This document shows positions 24,739 through 38,026 of a DNA stretch of 64,000 nt, one piece after another. Origin of the DNA: Amphiscolops sp. MND2022 (lineage: Eukaryota); NCBI GenBank assembly GCA_964187785.1, contig OZ076409.1, forward strand, positions 33,730,001 to 33,794,000, given 5' to 3'. The notes beneath the pieces were generated by a model that saw nothing but the letters and a program-made list of their open reading frames with translations, was not told the origin of the DNA and searched no databases. Position 1 is the first letter of the stretch, and every line of letters starts with the position of its first letter. Both the position numbers and the translations under genes were made by a program.

Positions 24739-27700
24739 ATGCGCGCACCAGTTAATATGAAATATTGTGAAGCGTGTGGTAAGCACATTCACAAATCATC
24801 TTTCACGAAGCATCTGAAGTCTAAACTTCATTTGCACCATGTAGGAGGTGTAATCCCTCCAGAAGCCGGACCTCTTCCTGAACCGGTAGAACAACAACAA
24901 CCTCAAACTGTACCAACATTTAAAAAACTAGCGAGAGCAAAACTCAATATATCAAAAAACGAGTTAGATAAACAGATTGCTAAACACAAGATAAATCCTT
25001 ACTACTTCAGTCGAAGATATCGATCTCAATATGAGGTTAACCTTGATCGACACCACCCCAATCATATAAATAGCAAGATAACTATCAAATCTAAAAATAA
25101 CCTCAACCTCCCTATTGAATTGCTCGACCTGAATAATTTTTTCAAAGAGATGGCTAAGATCTATGGAAGATTGATAAATCAATACAAATTCAATTATCAA
25201 GTTGTCTTCTCAGTTATTTTCGATAAGGAGACTCAAGAAGAGTTAGAACAATATATTAGTGTACAAGTCAACCAAAGTTTAACTTGGAGCGATATTGAAA
25301 AATATGATCTAGAAAGAAAGACAAATGCACTAATTGAAAATCTCGAGATGAAAGATAGTGGTTGGAGATTCCATGAAATTGCATCGATGACCATATACTT
25401 TCATAAAACTGATGAATTAAACGGTAGTAGTTATGTTAAAATAACTCTTAGAAGTTCTGCTGTTTTGAACACTGAAAATGATGACAACTACTGCTTTCTA
25501 TGGAGCATCTTAGCTCACCTTGACGCTTCTGAGAAGTCTCATTCAAATAGAGTTTCAAACTATCGAGAATATTTTAAGGAATTGAAAATAAATGGATTAG
25601 ATTTCCCATTCAAGACTTCAGATGTCACCAAATTTGAAAGGATGAATATTCTAGCTATTAATATATTTGAGTTACAGTTCTATCAAGAGGGGATAAATTG
25701 GAAACATAAATTGATTCCTGTTAAGGTTAGTGAGAACAATTCGGAAGCAGTGATTGATTTAATGATATATAGAAATCACTATGCTCTCATTAAAAAACTT
25801 CATTTATTCTTAGGAAAGAGAGATTCAAAATTCGTTTGTCGTCGCTGTCTAACTTGCTTTACAAATGAAAACGTTTTGGTGAAACATACTGAAAGATGTG
25901 AGCAACAGGATATTACAGCTATCAGACTTAGTAAGGAGAGTCATTTAATGTGGAAGAAGCACTTTCATAATATCCCACTACATTTCATGATCTATGGTGA
26001 TTTCGAATGTATTAATAAAATAGAAAATTCTCACATAGGTAATAAAACCACAAACATTTTCAGACAAAATCCAACATGTAATGGATTTCACATAGTATCT
26101 GAGTTGAATGATGTTCTACAATCTGGATATCACTCGGTCTTTGGTGAAAAGAATTTTGAATGGTTTGTTAATGAAGTTACAAAAATAGAAAACCAGATGA
26201 ACTTCTATTTGAAGAATACAAAGAAATATATCATGATGACTCAAGAAGATGAGGAAGATTTCAAGAATAGTAAAGTCTGTTGGTTCTGTGAGCTTCCTTC
26301 AGATGGGAGAGCTGTCAGAGATCACTGCCATCTAACAGGTAGGTATCGAGGAGCTGCGCATGAGGTGTGAAATATAAATGTGAAACAGGAACAGAGTAAG
26401 TTCATACCGTTCATGTTTCACAACTTCAGCAACTATGATTGTCACTTGTTCTTTAAAACATTAATTGATAAAAAACCAAATAATGTTCCTCTTCACGTTA
26501 TAGCTAAGACAAATGAAGAATATATCTCAATTTCATATGGTTGTATTAGATTTATAGATTCATATAGAGTTTTACAAAGTAGTTAATATGGGTTGGTTAA
26601 AACAGTTGACGAGCTGACACTTCTGAAAAAAAATTTCCTAGTAATTGGGAACTGTTGAATAAAAAGTTGGCGTACCCCGATGAATATTTTAAACCTCTTG
26701 ATGATTATGATTTACCAATTACGAATCTTGTAAAAGAGGATTATTTCAGTAAATTGAAAAATGGATATCCTGAGAAAATTGAAATTCAGAGAACAAATGA
26801 GATCATTGATACTTTTAGGATTAAAACAGGAAGAGAATTGACTGAGTTATGTTTAAAAACTGATGTCGTTTTATTAGCAGATGTCTTTGAAAAGTTCATA
26901 AAGGTATCATTAAACGAATTTAAAATCAATCCTCTGTATTGTGTCAGTCTTCCTGGATATACTTGGGAAAGTGGATTGAAATATACTGGGATTAATCTGC
27001 AAACACTTCAAGATAAAGATATGATCTTACTATTAGTAAATAATATTAGAGGGGGGATTTCATCTGTGATGGGAGATAGATATGTTAAATCAGAAGAAAA
27101 AAAATATTTTACATATTGATGCTAAAAGTCTATATGGGTGGGGCATGAGTCAGTATTTGCCATATGATGATATAAAATTTGATGGTGATGTTAAGGTAGA
27201 AGATATTTTAAATACTTCAGATGATAGTGAGGTTGGGTATTTTGTTGAAGTTGATTTGAATTATCCTTAGGGGATAAGAGAGAAGACTAAGAACTTCCCA
27301 TTCTGCCCAGAGAATAAGTTTTCTCCTCAAGATAAGTCTACTGACTTTATGAAGAAATTGAAGGTGGATAGTCACACTAAATGTAAAAAGTTAATTTTTG
27401 ATTGGACGGATAAGAAAAAGTATCTGGTTCATTATCGAATGTTGAAGTCCCATGTGAGGCATGGGAAGATTGTTGAAAAAGTTTATGCAGTGATTTCTTT
27501 TAGGAAGAGTAAGTGGTTAGAGAAGTATATCAATTTCAATACTCAGAAAAGGAATAAGACAAAAAACGATTTCGAGAAAGATTTCTATAAACTATTGAAT
27601 AATGCGTTCTATGGGAAGACGATGGAGAATGTGCGGAATAGATCGAGTTCATTAAAAAGGATGAAGAAGAGAAGATGGTGAAGTGGCTGTCTAAATTGAC

Positions 27701-28350
27701 GTTTGATGAGATCCATAAATGTTATGAGACATATGATAGTTTCACGTTTAAGCAGAATGAGGTTCTGGTGGATAAGCCAAAATATCTTGGATTTAGTGTA
27801 AAGGAGATGAGCAAGTTATTGATGTATGAGACGTACTATGATAAATTTCAGCCTTATTTTGGAGAAGAGAATATTCAATATCACTACGGAGATACTGATG
27901 CGATGGTGTTGAGTATTAAAACGAAAGATATTGTTGAAGACTTATATAACCTCAGAGATTTGTTTGATTTCAGCAATTTGAACAGAGAGCATAAATTGTT
28001 TAATGAAGAAAAAAAGAAAGTAGTTGGCAAATTTGAAATTGAAAAGCCTGGAAGTATTTGAATAGATGAGTTTGTTTGTTTGTTTGAGAAGTAAAGCATA
28101 TTCATATAGATGTGGAGGTGAAAGTTCTAACAAATTAAAAGGTATTTCAAAGTCTCAGAGTAAAATTTATTAGGTTCGAAGAATATTACAATAGTTGGTT
28201 TGGGGATGATTATCGAAGAGAATGTGAGAATTATATAATTAGATCTATAGATCATGAAATGTTTCTGCAAAAGGTTACAAAATATTCATTATCTGCATTT
28301 GATGAGAAGCGTTGTTATTTGAGTAACATTAAGAGTATTCCTTGGACGTA
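24739..28350 (+). pseudogene. Protein-primed family B DNA polymerase (pPolB) with N-terminal Zn finger and inserted endonuclease VII-like Zn domain
   Basis: YGDFEC (ExoI), FHNFSNYD (ExoII), RFIDS, DVVLLADVFE (ExoIII), NIRGGIS, DAKSLYG, KLLNNAFYGKT and YGDTD. Insert CWFC...VRDHCHLTGRYRGAAH. Many stops and frameshifts. Confidence 0.95.
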
Positions 28351-29854
28351 ATGTAAAACTTTTTATGCATTTTAATGTTAGTGTGAGAATGTTGTGAGGG
28401 TGAGTGTCTTGAAGAAAGAGGGAACCGCGCAGTAGTGTAAGAAATCGTATTTGACGTTGGCGCGAGTTTGCTAAGAGCGAAACGGAGTGAAGCGGAGTAG
28501 AGCGAATGGCGAAGCAAGGGGATGAGGTCGAGCGAAGCGAGACTGAGTCACGTTGCGCCCTCGCGCTGGCGTCAAATACAATTTCTTACACTACTTATCA
28601 TCATTCCAAGATCGAATCTTACCAAGATCGAAAAAATTCTAAGATTTCAAAATTTCGATCAAGGGTGCTGAAAGTAGCTACATTCGTATAATATTTTTTT
28701 TGCCGGGTCTTTACGCGATTTCTCAGCTTGGACCTTGATTTCCTGTAAAGATCAAAATTCTCTGAAGCCAAACCTTATTCCAGTGGTTTTAGATCTTATA
28801 ACTGTGAAATGAGAACCGACCTACAATGTTTTTTTTTTGGAAATGTTTAGGGGTTTTCAGGGTGAAATTGGCTAAATTATCGTCATTTTGGGGGACTTTT
28901 AGATCTTATACCAGAGATCTGAGTCCTTATTCCAAAAATCAGTGTTTATAGATCTTATTCCTGTGCTTTTAGTCATTATTTCAGTGGCTTTAGATCTTAT
29001 TCCTGTGAAATGGAAACCGATGTAGGAGGTATTTTCAGGGTCAGTATGAAATTGGAACGCCGAAGAAGTTCATTCGCGCAAAGAAGTTTTTCACCTTTTG
29101 AAAGAAAACTTCGAAACGAATCTCCCAAAATTAGTCTGCGAGCGACAAACGAAAATCAATTCTCATTCTTTCGACAACGCGTTTTGGCCACAAAATGACA
29201 ATAATGTATCTACGATATCGAAATGGTTGTAAAAATCATTCAGTAATTTTGTTCTGAGTGATGTCTAGATTATTTTTCCATAACTCTTAATTTAATGGTT
29301 TTCTGATTCTACTTTTTGTCGATATCGAACAGTTCGTAGTAATTTTTTTCTTGCCATATTCGGCTTCTTATTAAGATTTTTCTTGCCATATTGGTCTTCT
29401 TAGTAAGATTTTTCTTGCCATATTGGGCTTCTTAGTAAGATTTTTCTTGGAATCATGGCTCTCTTGATAGGATCTTACCATGGCATCTTGCAAGTCTTGG
29501 CAATATCTTGTCACGATCTTACTAAGATATCCATGGAGTGTCGACCCGGGTTGAGCAACTATATCGTTACTTTGCCTCTCAAACGATTCAATTCATTAAC
29601 GGTCATTCAAACAGTGATCAGTGAACAGTTTAAACAATTATTAAAACTGAAACTTCCTAGACTGAATGTAAAAGTTTATTTGTATGTTATATCTTTTCGT
29701 GGATTTGCGGTTTTTTTAGGTTTTCGGGCATTCTGAGTTGCATGAAGGGTTGCCTGCTTCAACGGTTTTGCGAGCCGGCTTCTCGTAAGGATAGCCCTGT
29801 GACAGATAAGGAGGAGGCGGAGGTTCGAAAAAGTGCTACCCCCAATGTTGAGCA

Positions 29855-30620
29855 CCCCCTGCCAATCTGTACAGATCCTGACAGATCCTGACAGATATTC
29901 CAGGATTTGTAGAAATTTAACCAGTCGTAAATACAGTTTGAAATTTAAGTATTGGTTGATTAAAGCTCTACGAGATAGACACGTCTCTCGATTGAAAATT
30001 TTTAAAGATTTTCCAGGATTTGACGAAAATTAATCATGACCAAAAAATTACTATAACGTATTCCAAGTTTCCAGCAATTACTAAAACTAATCCAGCAAAC
30101 CATGTATCCGAAATACTACAACCACATCACTTTATCAACACCTCTACCAACCCAGACGGTGGTCACATGTCTAATTACATCCGCCAAATCAAAGTCAATA
30201 TGGCAAACGATCATCTTAAAGCTTAACAACCACTTCGGGAAAGTTCAAGTGAAAGGAATTAATTACCGTGCAAAAGCAATACCGAATATTCCCCAGACAC
30301 CAAAATTACCGTGATGGGGACAAACTTTCCTGCTCAAGAATTTTGAGTGATGGAGAGTTTTAACTGACTGAGCCTTGGTCAGCTAAAATACTTTTTGAAG
30401 AAGCCCAAAAATGCAATGCATTGTTTTCCAGGAACTCCGGAAAAAAATTCCTGAAAAATCTGTACAGGAAATCTTTGAACATCTGTAAAGATCCTTGCAG
30501 ATCTGCAGTTGTCCTAACATATCAGTGGCACGATCTTTACGGATCCTCAAGGAAAAAAGGCTCACAGATCTGTACAGATTCTCAAGGAAAGCTCAACATG
30601 GGCCTTCTGTCCCAAAACGC
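29855..30620 (+). repeat. Interspersed repeat with (gatctgtacagat) motifs; uninterrupted paralog of the repeat holding the solo LTR
   Basis: 30185-30500 matches the reverse complement of 35452-35590 joined to 33720-33919. The segment gtgatggggacaa (~30311) is the empty site. Confidence 0.7.
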
Positions 30621-33319
30621 TATAGTAAAACATCTGAGGTTATTTGCAAAAAAAATGAGTTCTACTCAGGCGGAGGCACAAACTGCGCTAGTTCAGAAAT
30701 TTAGCGCTGTATCCGACCGACGATGTGAATTACTTCGCTAAGCAAATCTGTAAGGTAATTTAGCACATTCTGACTGCCACTAAGAGTAGGGATTAACTCA
30801 GTCTTGCAGGCCTGGTGACGTGGTCTGAAGAAGCAGGAGTACGAGTTTTCGAGATTCGAAATAAGCCAAACGTTTTCATGTTTGCAAAAACAGAAGGGAG
30901 GCTAACGTATCCCCACTTTTGGAGTTTTCCGGCACAGGACGAGTTTTGTCAGCAATTTTTCCGACTGAACTGCCCCTCGTTTGATTTTAAACAACACAAA
31001 GCGTTTTGCGAGCATAGAAGGCCACTTGTTTTTTCGGCACAATGCTTCTTACTGACGAATTTGAAATTTTACTGAAAAAGTTTTTAGTTTTTTTGTAAGG
31101 AAAACTTTTTTCTAGGGTGCACCTAATCCTAATCCAGAAATCTTAATAAATACTTGAAGAAATAGCATTGCATCAGAGAAATATTTAGCATTAATGATTC
31201 TCTATGAAACTCTAAAAGTCATGCTAAAAGTGCTTGGTAGCCTATAAAATCATGTAAAAGTTTTATGCCGTTTCAACTAGAGTGATTTAATAATTGTTTT
31301 TTTATTACTGTTAGAGTGATGAGAGTTTTCTCTGATTGTTGAAAAAAACTAGTTGTTTTGGGGTATATACGACTTTTACTTGGGAAATGTTGTCATTAGA
31401 CAAACTGTAGCCTTTCACTTTCATGAAGCTCAAAGTTCCAGTTTTGGCAGTATGAAATATCTTACGGGCAAACCTTTATAGAAAAGATGTTTTTTGTTGT
31501 TTCCAAATGGAGGAAAAATAACTTTGAAGTCTCATGCGAACCCCTCCGGATATTTTCTGACACCGTGAAAATGATCAATAATTTAACATTATTGTCCTTT
31601 GCATATACAAAACACTTGATTTGTTCGAAACTTGAGAGGGGATTTAATTTCAGTCAAACGTTTCAGAGAAGATGGCCGAAAGCGAGTCAATAACACTAAA
31701 AGCTGTAGCTAAAGAGCAATTTTGCGGATGAAAACACAAGACCACCTATTACACCTGGTAGAGCCAGCTGAGTGCTCAATAAACTAGCAAATTTTACGTT
31801 AATTATTTCCGAAAAATTGTACGGTTTTGTCATACGGTTGAAAAACGTACTGGCTCGTCAAAAATTCAAACCTTTGGGTTGATTGCAATAAACCTTTTAG
31901 AATGTAAAATTGGTAGTGAGCGTCTATTCTTCTAACGTTTTACTTTTTTTTCCAGTTCGTTTGCTTCTTCCGTTAGCTTTTTCTGCAATTTTTCAGCCTG
32001 CGGTCCTTCCAAGAAATTTTATTTTTTCAAAAGAATTTTTCGTTTCAAAACAATGCGATTTATCGGCTGAAAACATTCAGAAAAAAGCCCATGTGGCGAA
32101 TTCTGGAGAAACAAACAAGACCTGAACGTCAGAAGTCGGCGCCACCCAAGTCTCCAATATCGTAAAGTTTTAAAAATATGCTCGGGACGGTTCTTATGAA
32201 AACTCACAAAAAGTTTCAAAACACTCGAAGGTGGCCTTTAGTGTTCGGAAAACGCTCGGAAAAAAGTTCGGATATAGCGTGATGGGACAAACGGTAGCGC
32301 TTGTCTTTCAACCTACACCTCCTCCCGAGTAAATCGCAGTAATGCTCAGTTATAACGTCAAAAATTCGCATATAGCGTTTCATTCAGAATATTACGTTAA
32401 AATTTTGGATAGTATTAAGGAAGTATTTATATTGAGAAAACATAATAAACGAGAAATGAGAATTCTGAAGAGCTTCATATTGCCAAAGAATGTGAAAGAG
32501 GGGGCCCATTGGTTTTTTATTTTCCGCCCACATATAAGGGGGGAAATCATATGAAGAAACTCATGATCTGTGTTGCGTTTTTTTCCAAATTTTGCCAAAT
32601 TTCCACGGTCTACATCCACCACTACTTGACTTTTTTCATAGCTACTAGTAACTAAAATAGTCTAGTAGTAACTATTAGTAGCTAAATTATAGTAGTAAAT
32701 TATAGAAATTACTAGTAATAAATTCTGCCAAATCTCCACGATCTCAATCCACTACTTGACTATTTTCGTTACTTGACTATTTCAGTTACTATCAACCAGT
32801 AGGTTGTGGGTTCGAATCTCGCCTCCGTCTGATTTTTCTTGACAAGGCGGAAAATATTCCGGTGTTTTGCGGGCGTCTTGTTCAACATCCATTCTGTTGC
32901 AAAATAACAGAAGAAATGAAAGGCGGACCCTTTGGAGACATTAAACCTTTTCAGAGAAAAAGTTTTACAAAGTTGGAAAAAAGGGAAAGTCTCATAGTGC
33001 CAAAAAGAAGAAAGGTTGAATCTTTCTGCGTAGGAATGGTTTGCGTTTGACGTTAGAAGCTTTGGATGTGTTCAAATCCAAGTACTAAGCACTTATGGTA
33101 AAAGTGCACAGTGCACAAAAAGCGGACCATTTAGAGTGTGTACAAACAAACAAAACTTTAAAGCGTGAATCACAGTATTACTTAATTTAGGTTGAGAGGC
33201 AAAATGTGCAACATGCAAAGCGTTGGTGCCTCCTCCTTCGAGTTTTATATTTTATTGGACAAAAATTTTGGTTAAAAAAGTCGCACTGGGCTCAACTACT
33301 TCTGCAGAGATAAAAGTTA

Positions 33320-33412
33320 TAGTTGAGCGCGGGACTCAAACGTGCATACGCCTGCTTCCCAGGACGAGTAACGACACGGAGACACACACGTTGACCACTA
33401 GACTAAATGCTA
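33320..33412 (-). repeat. tRNA-derived (SINE-like) sequence; second copy at ~38382-38473
   Basis: Minus strand has an A-box-like TAGTCTAGTGG and a B-box-like GTTTGAGTCCC about 60 nt apart. No clean cloverleaf. Confidence 0.4.
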
Positions 33413-33919
33413 AGTTGTTTCCGGCTTCCATCAGCATCTTGTAACTGCAGGCAAAAAAATTGGTAAAGTTGCAGACAGCTAACTGTTTTTTGTTTCCACT
33501 GTCTTTTTACTTTTAGTTTTTTTAGTTGGAGAGGCTAAAAGACAAGGGTTGCAATTGTGAGCAGAAATCTCCAGATATAAAATCTTCTAACCTACCAAGC
33601 TACGGTACCAAATCTGCAGTCAAATGTTCAAGCTCTTCTCGAAAAGAAGGTGTCATTGGAAACCCATGTTTTCGACCTTTGCAAATCTGTGCAGATCTGT
33701 TGCACTCAATCCTGAAGAACCATACCGATCTGCAGAAACTTTACAGAAGTGTGCAATATCTCTTTAAAGATTTTTCAGAAATATGTTTCTCTGCAGGTTC
33801 TAAGGAACCAATAGACTGCATTTTTGACTTCTTCAACTATTTTATCAAGTATTTTGGCTGACCAAGGTTGACCAACTTTCCATCACCCAAAATTCTGGAG
33901 AAGAAAACTTGTCCCCATC

Positions 33920-35451
33920 TGTCGTAACCTTCATCTTCACTATAGTTGGAATCATATGAATTCTGCCTAAAGTGGGCCTCTTGGTTACTACCAATTGTAA
34001 TCAACCCAGGAAGATTTTCTGTTTTGTTTTGATCTAATTTGCGAGTTTTACTTTGCTGCCGTCCGCCTGACTCATGGTCATCAGCTTGGGGCATCTGACC
34101 TGACATATTCAGATGCCGTCCATCTGACCGAAGGTCCCATTTTGTGTTTTTAGCTCCTTCACTTGCTCCTACAGCTCCCCTAATAGTGGGCAACACCTTT
34201 TCTTCAATTGCTGCATTTAGTATCTCTACTATGTGGGAATTTAAGTCAGATTTGATTTCCTCGAATCTTCTCGACATTTGAGTGGAAATTTTTGAACTGA
34301 TTGCTCGACTTGTCTCAGCTGTAATCTCACTATTCACACTCATATTTGCATTCAGGGATAACCTGATATTTTCTCCAATAGGGTCAGTATTTTCTTGCCG
34401 TCTCCCGAACCTCAGGTCCATTTCTAAATCACTATTATTTTCTTGTTCATCTAATTCGTTTCGAACATACGTTCCTTACATAACCTCAAGGTTTTCTACA
34501 TCTGACATTATGTCTGATTGTCTTGAACGCTTTTCTTTAGCTTTCTGCTTCCTTGTAGAAGGCATCCCAGGGAGAATATCAAGTTTCAACAATGAATTGA
34601 TCAAAGAGTAGGAATTTCACAGCAAGGTTGTACGTATTGTAGTAATTATATTGAATGAATCTCAACCTTCAGTTCATCAGTATACATACCTTCACCACCA
34701 TGACACTCAATATTTAGAGTGTCACTGGTTAAAAATAGTAATGATGTCATCATTAAAATAGCAACATCCTCAACTATTGCATAATATTTGCAATAAATAG
34801 AACATAGGATGATTTGAAGCATTACGTCATTTACCCGACATTCTATAAATAGAAGCAGCAATAGACTAAAATTGTGTAATACAAGCTAACAGCAACATTT
34901 CATGCATCTGAGAGAATTATTTAACTAATTGGACCATTGGTCCATATGACTGCAGTACAGTACTAGTTCCTGCAATTTGATTGGTCGAAAGTAATTTGGA
35001 CAACGCGTCAACTTGACGTCAACACTGTACAAGTTAAACGCGTTTCCTTTACCTTTGACAGCTTACTACATTAATTGATTGAATAATAATCTAATTTTAC
35101 AAACTGCAACAGTGAACCAACTACATAATTAGGTGAGTATACTAGTTCACAATGGATAAAATAATTCATCAGAATTATTACATGCTGTTGTATGACAGTA
35201 AATATGTAGGTAAATAGTTGCCGTCGATCTGACCTTAGGTCATAGATTATAAAATCGTTGTGTATATTGGCTAAATTAAGCACCAAACTATCGTGATTAT
35301 TGATATACATGACAAAATAATAGTATTCATCAGTACGTTAGGTGAGTTTTAAGTTCTGCTCATATCGGTGGGACTCCCGGTCTGGGAACATTAAGGTCGT
35401 CTTCAGGGGTGATCTGATATAGTAGGCCATCGCAGGCGGCAGTCTGCGACA
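33920..35451 (-). mobile_element. Solo LTR (1532 bp) carrying a gag-leader-like ORF
   Basis: TGTCG...CGACA ends and 5-bp TSD CCATC (33915-19 and 35452-56). The ORF from ATG 34565 runs off the LTR end and has one premature stop in this copy. Confidence 0.88.
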
Positions 35452-37772
35452 CCATCACGTAAATTTTGGTGACCGCAGAATGTTTGGAATTGGTTATACA
35501 TTGTAGTTTATCCTTTTCACTTGAACTTTCCAGAAGTGGTCGTTGAACTTTGAGAGACTCGTTTGCCATAATGACTTTGTTTTGACGCATGAAATTTGGC
35601 ATGTGGCAACTTTCTGGGTTGGTAGATGTGCTGATAAAGTTTTGTTGTTGTAAGATTTTGGGAAGAGGGTTTATTAGATCGATTTTAGTAATTGATCGTA
35701 ACTTGGAATGCGTTATTGTATTTTATTTGTCATTGTTTGACTCAGTAAAGATCTGTAATCTCTACAGATCTGTACAGATTGCTGCAGAAAAATGTTTCAT
35801 CTTTTTAGCATAATGAGATTTCTCTCCAGTTCTAAACATTTTCGTTATTCGTTTGACATCGCTGTGGGGTTTTCAATGCGTTTCTGAGCATGACTTTTTT
35901 TCGAATCTGCACATATCTGCAAGGTTCTGCAACAATTCTGTAGATCTGCACAGGTTCGCAAAGATCGAAAACCTGGGAAGTAATTTCCTTAAGGTCACAA
36001 TGGCCTGAATGCACGCTGTTGCTTTCAATTTCGTTTTCATTCGCAAAAGGCAATTTTCATTGACCACACCAACTGAACTTGAAACATTTGATCAATGCCC
36101 TAAAGTAGCGAGTTGAAAAATATTCTAGGCTGAATTCTGACCAAAACAGGACTAATGGGTTATCCTGTACACTTTGATTGCTAAAAACGGATAATGGTTA
36201 CATTTTTTCCATTTAGGTTTTTTGTAAAAAACACAAATTTTTAGTGAACAAAACTTGGGTAAGTAGCGTGAAGAATCAGCTGTTTTTTATAAGCTTTTGA
36301 GCTACTTTTTGAGCTATATACCCACTGAAATTATAGAAAAACCGCAAAGTTTCTTTAAATTGTTTTTCTTTGGGTATATTATCTACAAAATTAATATTTC
36401 TTGTTGAAAAAATAATCTTATTAGTTCAGTGTTTCGTCCTTTCACTCCGTGTATTGTGAGTGGTACTAACAAAAAAATCAAAAAAATGCACAACAATTGA
36501 TCAAAACGGTAGGAAAGTTCAGATACCTTCTGAAAAAACATGCTTAGTAGCTAAAACGTTCGTAATTGAGCTCTGTGGAAAATCACACTCACAAAAAGAT
36601 GCAAAGACTAAATAGCATGGAACGGTCGAAAAGTTTAGCGTTTTGTTCAACTCTTCGAGCCTTAATAACTGCAATCCTAGCACTAAATTTATGCTGAAAA
36701 GATTGTCGCCTTGTTGTTTAAACCTATGGTTTTTCATATTCACGAGACAAAATCGAAGTTGTACAAACATTGTCTAACAAATTGGAATAACATTTTCTGA
36801 ACATATTTTGTGCAGTTTTTGAACACAAAACTCCTGTTTTTCTTTTAAATACGTATTGGGTAGCTAATTGTCCCAACGTTGAATTTGGAATTCTAGGTCA
36901 GGCAATTGTTCAAAGAGTGTTGGAAAAAAACAATTTATCATCAAACATTGGGTTAGGTTTTTTGAAGGTTGAATTTCGTGGAAAAAGCCCTATGTGTTGC
37001 GTATAAAATTGGAACTTAGCAAATTGAGGGGAAAGGTGGAACTGTTTGACATTTTTCTTTCCCTTTTAGAAAGAAATGAACGAAAACACTCAGGTACATA
37101 ACATACTTTTTTGAGAAGTGTGAATATTTTCTGTCGAATTTTTTGAGCAAGTTCTTGTGCATCGGGTACGCTCGAGCATTAGTTAAGCCGTTGCTGGAAT
37201 AATTCAGGGCATAAAATATCCCGTGCTCAGTGGGGGTCTTGTGTTTGTTAATTGGTCAAAACAATTTCTGAAGCTAGTGATGGTGCGCTCCAAAACATTA
37301 AATTCTACAGGCACGTTTTTCACCACACCAAGTTTTTGTGTAATAGGTACTTTTCATGGTACAGTGACAATGAAACATCTAGAAATAGACGGGTTGGCAA
37401 CCCGGGTATTCAAATAAGTGAGTGGTTTTTCTAAAAACTGCAAAAACTCAAACGAAAAAATGATCTTCAAGTTTTCAAACAGTAATTCACTTTTTTCAAT
37501 ACAGTCTATTCTTTGATGGGGTTTTGAAGTTTTCTCAAAACATGGATTTTATGAATTCATATGCTTCAGAAAAAACTTCCTCATTTATCAGTGTTTTCCT
37601 TTAAATTCATCCTCGAATGCTGACTATTTTTTGTTCCTAAGATAACGAAAAGTTTGACAATTTCAATCTGATCTCTGCTATGTACAAAAGCAAAAACAAA
37701 TCAAAGTAAAACTCTAGCGAAATTTTTGAAAAACATGACGCATTTGAAAAAAATCATGAATTTGTTGTACAC

Positions 37773-38026
37773 TTAACCGACCGGAGCTTTATGAGAATTA
37801 GGCTGCGGTTTCGTTTTCTTCGAAGGGCAACAGTTGTTTTTCATTACGGTCGAGTGGTTGAGCAACTTCTCGAATATTTCTATTAGCGAGATTGCACTGA
37901 CGCCCAACCACAGCCCCAAGAGTCCTCCAATATTACTAACCAGGGTTATGAACGTCATAAAGGGCACAATCTCAACCACCATTTGCTGTCGACTGTTTTG
38001 GTAGTGAAATGTCACGTGAGAAACGC
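37773..38026 (-). CDS. Duplicated terminal exon (TM2 and C-terminus) of the DEG/ENaC channel
   Basis: GVSHVTFHY...LVSNIGGLLGLWLGVSAISLIEIFE. Intact copy of 57822-58075 with 2 amino-acid changes. Confidence 0.8.

Larger units (their letters stand above)
13343..28595. mobile_element. Full-length Polinton/Maverick (adintovirus-like endogenous virus), pseudogenised
   Basis: Termini AGTTGTGTAAGAAATCGCATTTGACGCCAG ... CTGGCGTCAAATACAATTTCTTACACTACT are inverted. A 6-bp TSD TATCAT lies at 13337-13342 and 28596-28601. The core genes PRO, penton, ATPase, INT, MCP and pPolB are all present. Confidence 0.95.
13189..29550. repeat. Foldback/MITE-like host repeat interrupted by the Polinton
   Basis: Ends cccgggttgaccctc (13189) and gagtgtcgacccggg (29550) are inverted. 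(gatcttactaagat/gatcttgg)n motifs occur on both sides. Arms 13268-13314 and 28614-28660 are inverted copies with 2 mismatches. No clear TSD. Confidence 0.55.

Noticed and set aside
32795..32830. tRNA gene (GGTTCGAATCTC B-box)
   Set aside because: Only the T-arm half is present, with no A-box or acceptor stem. At most a SINE or tRNA fragment.
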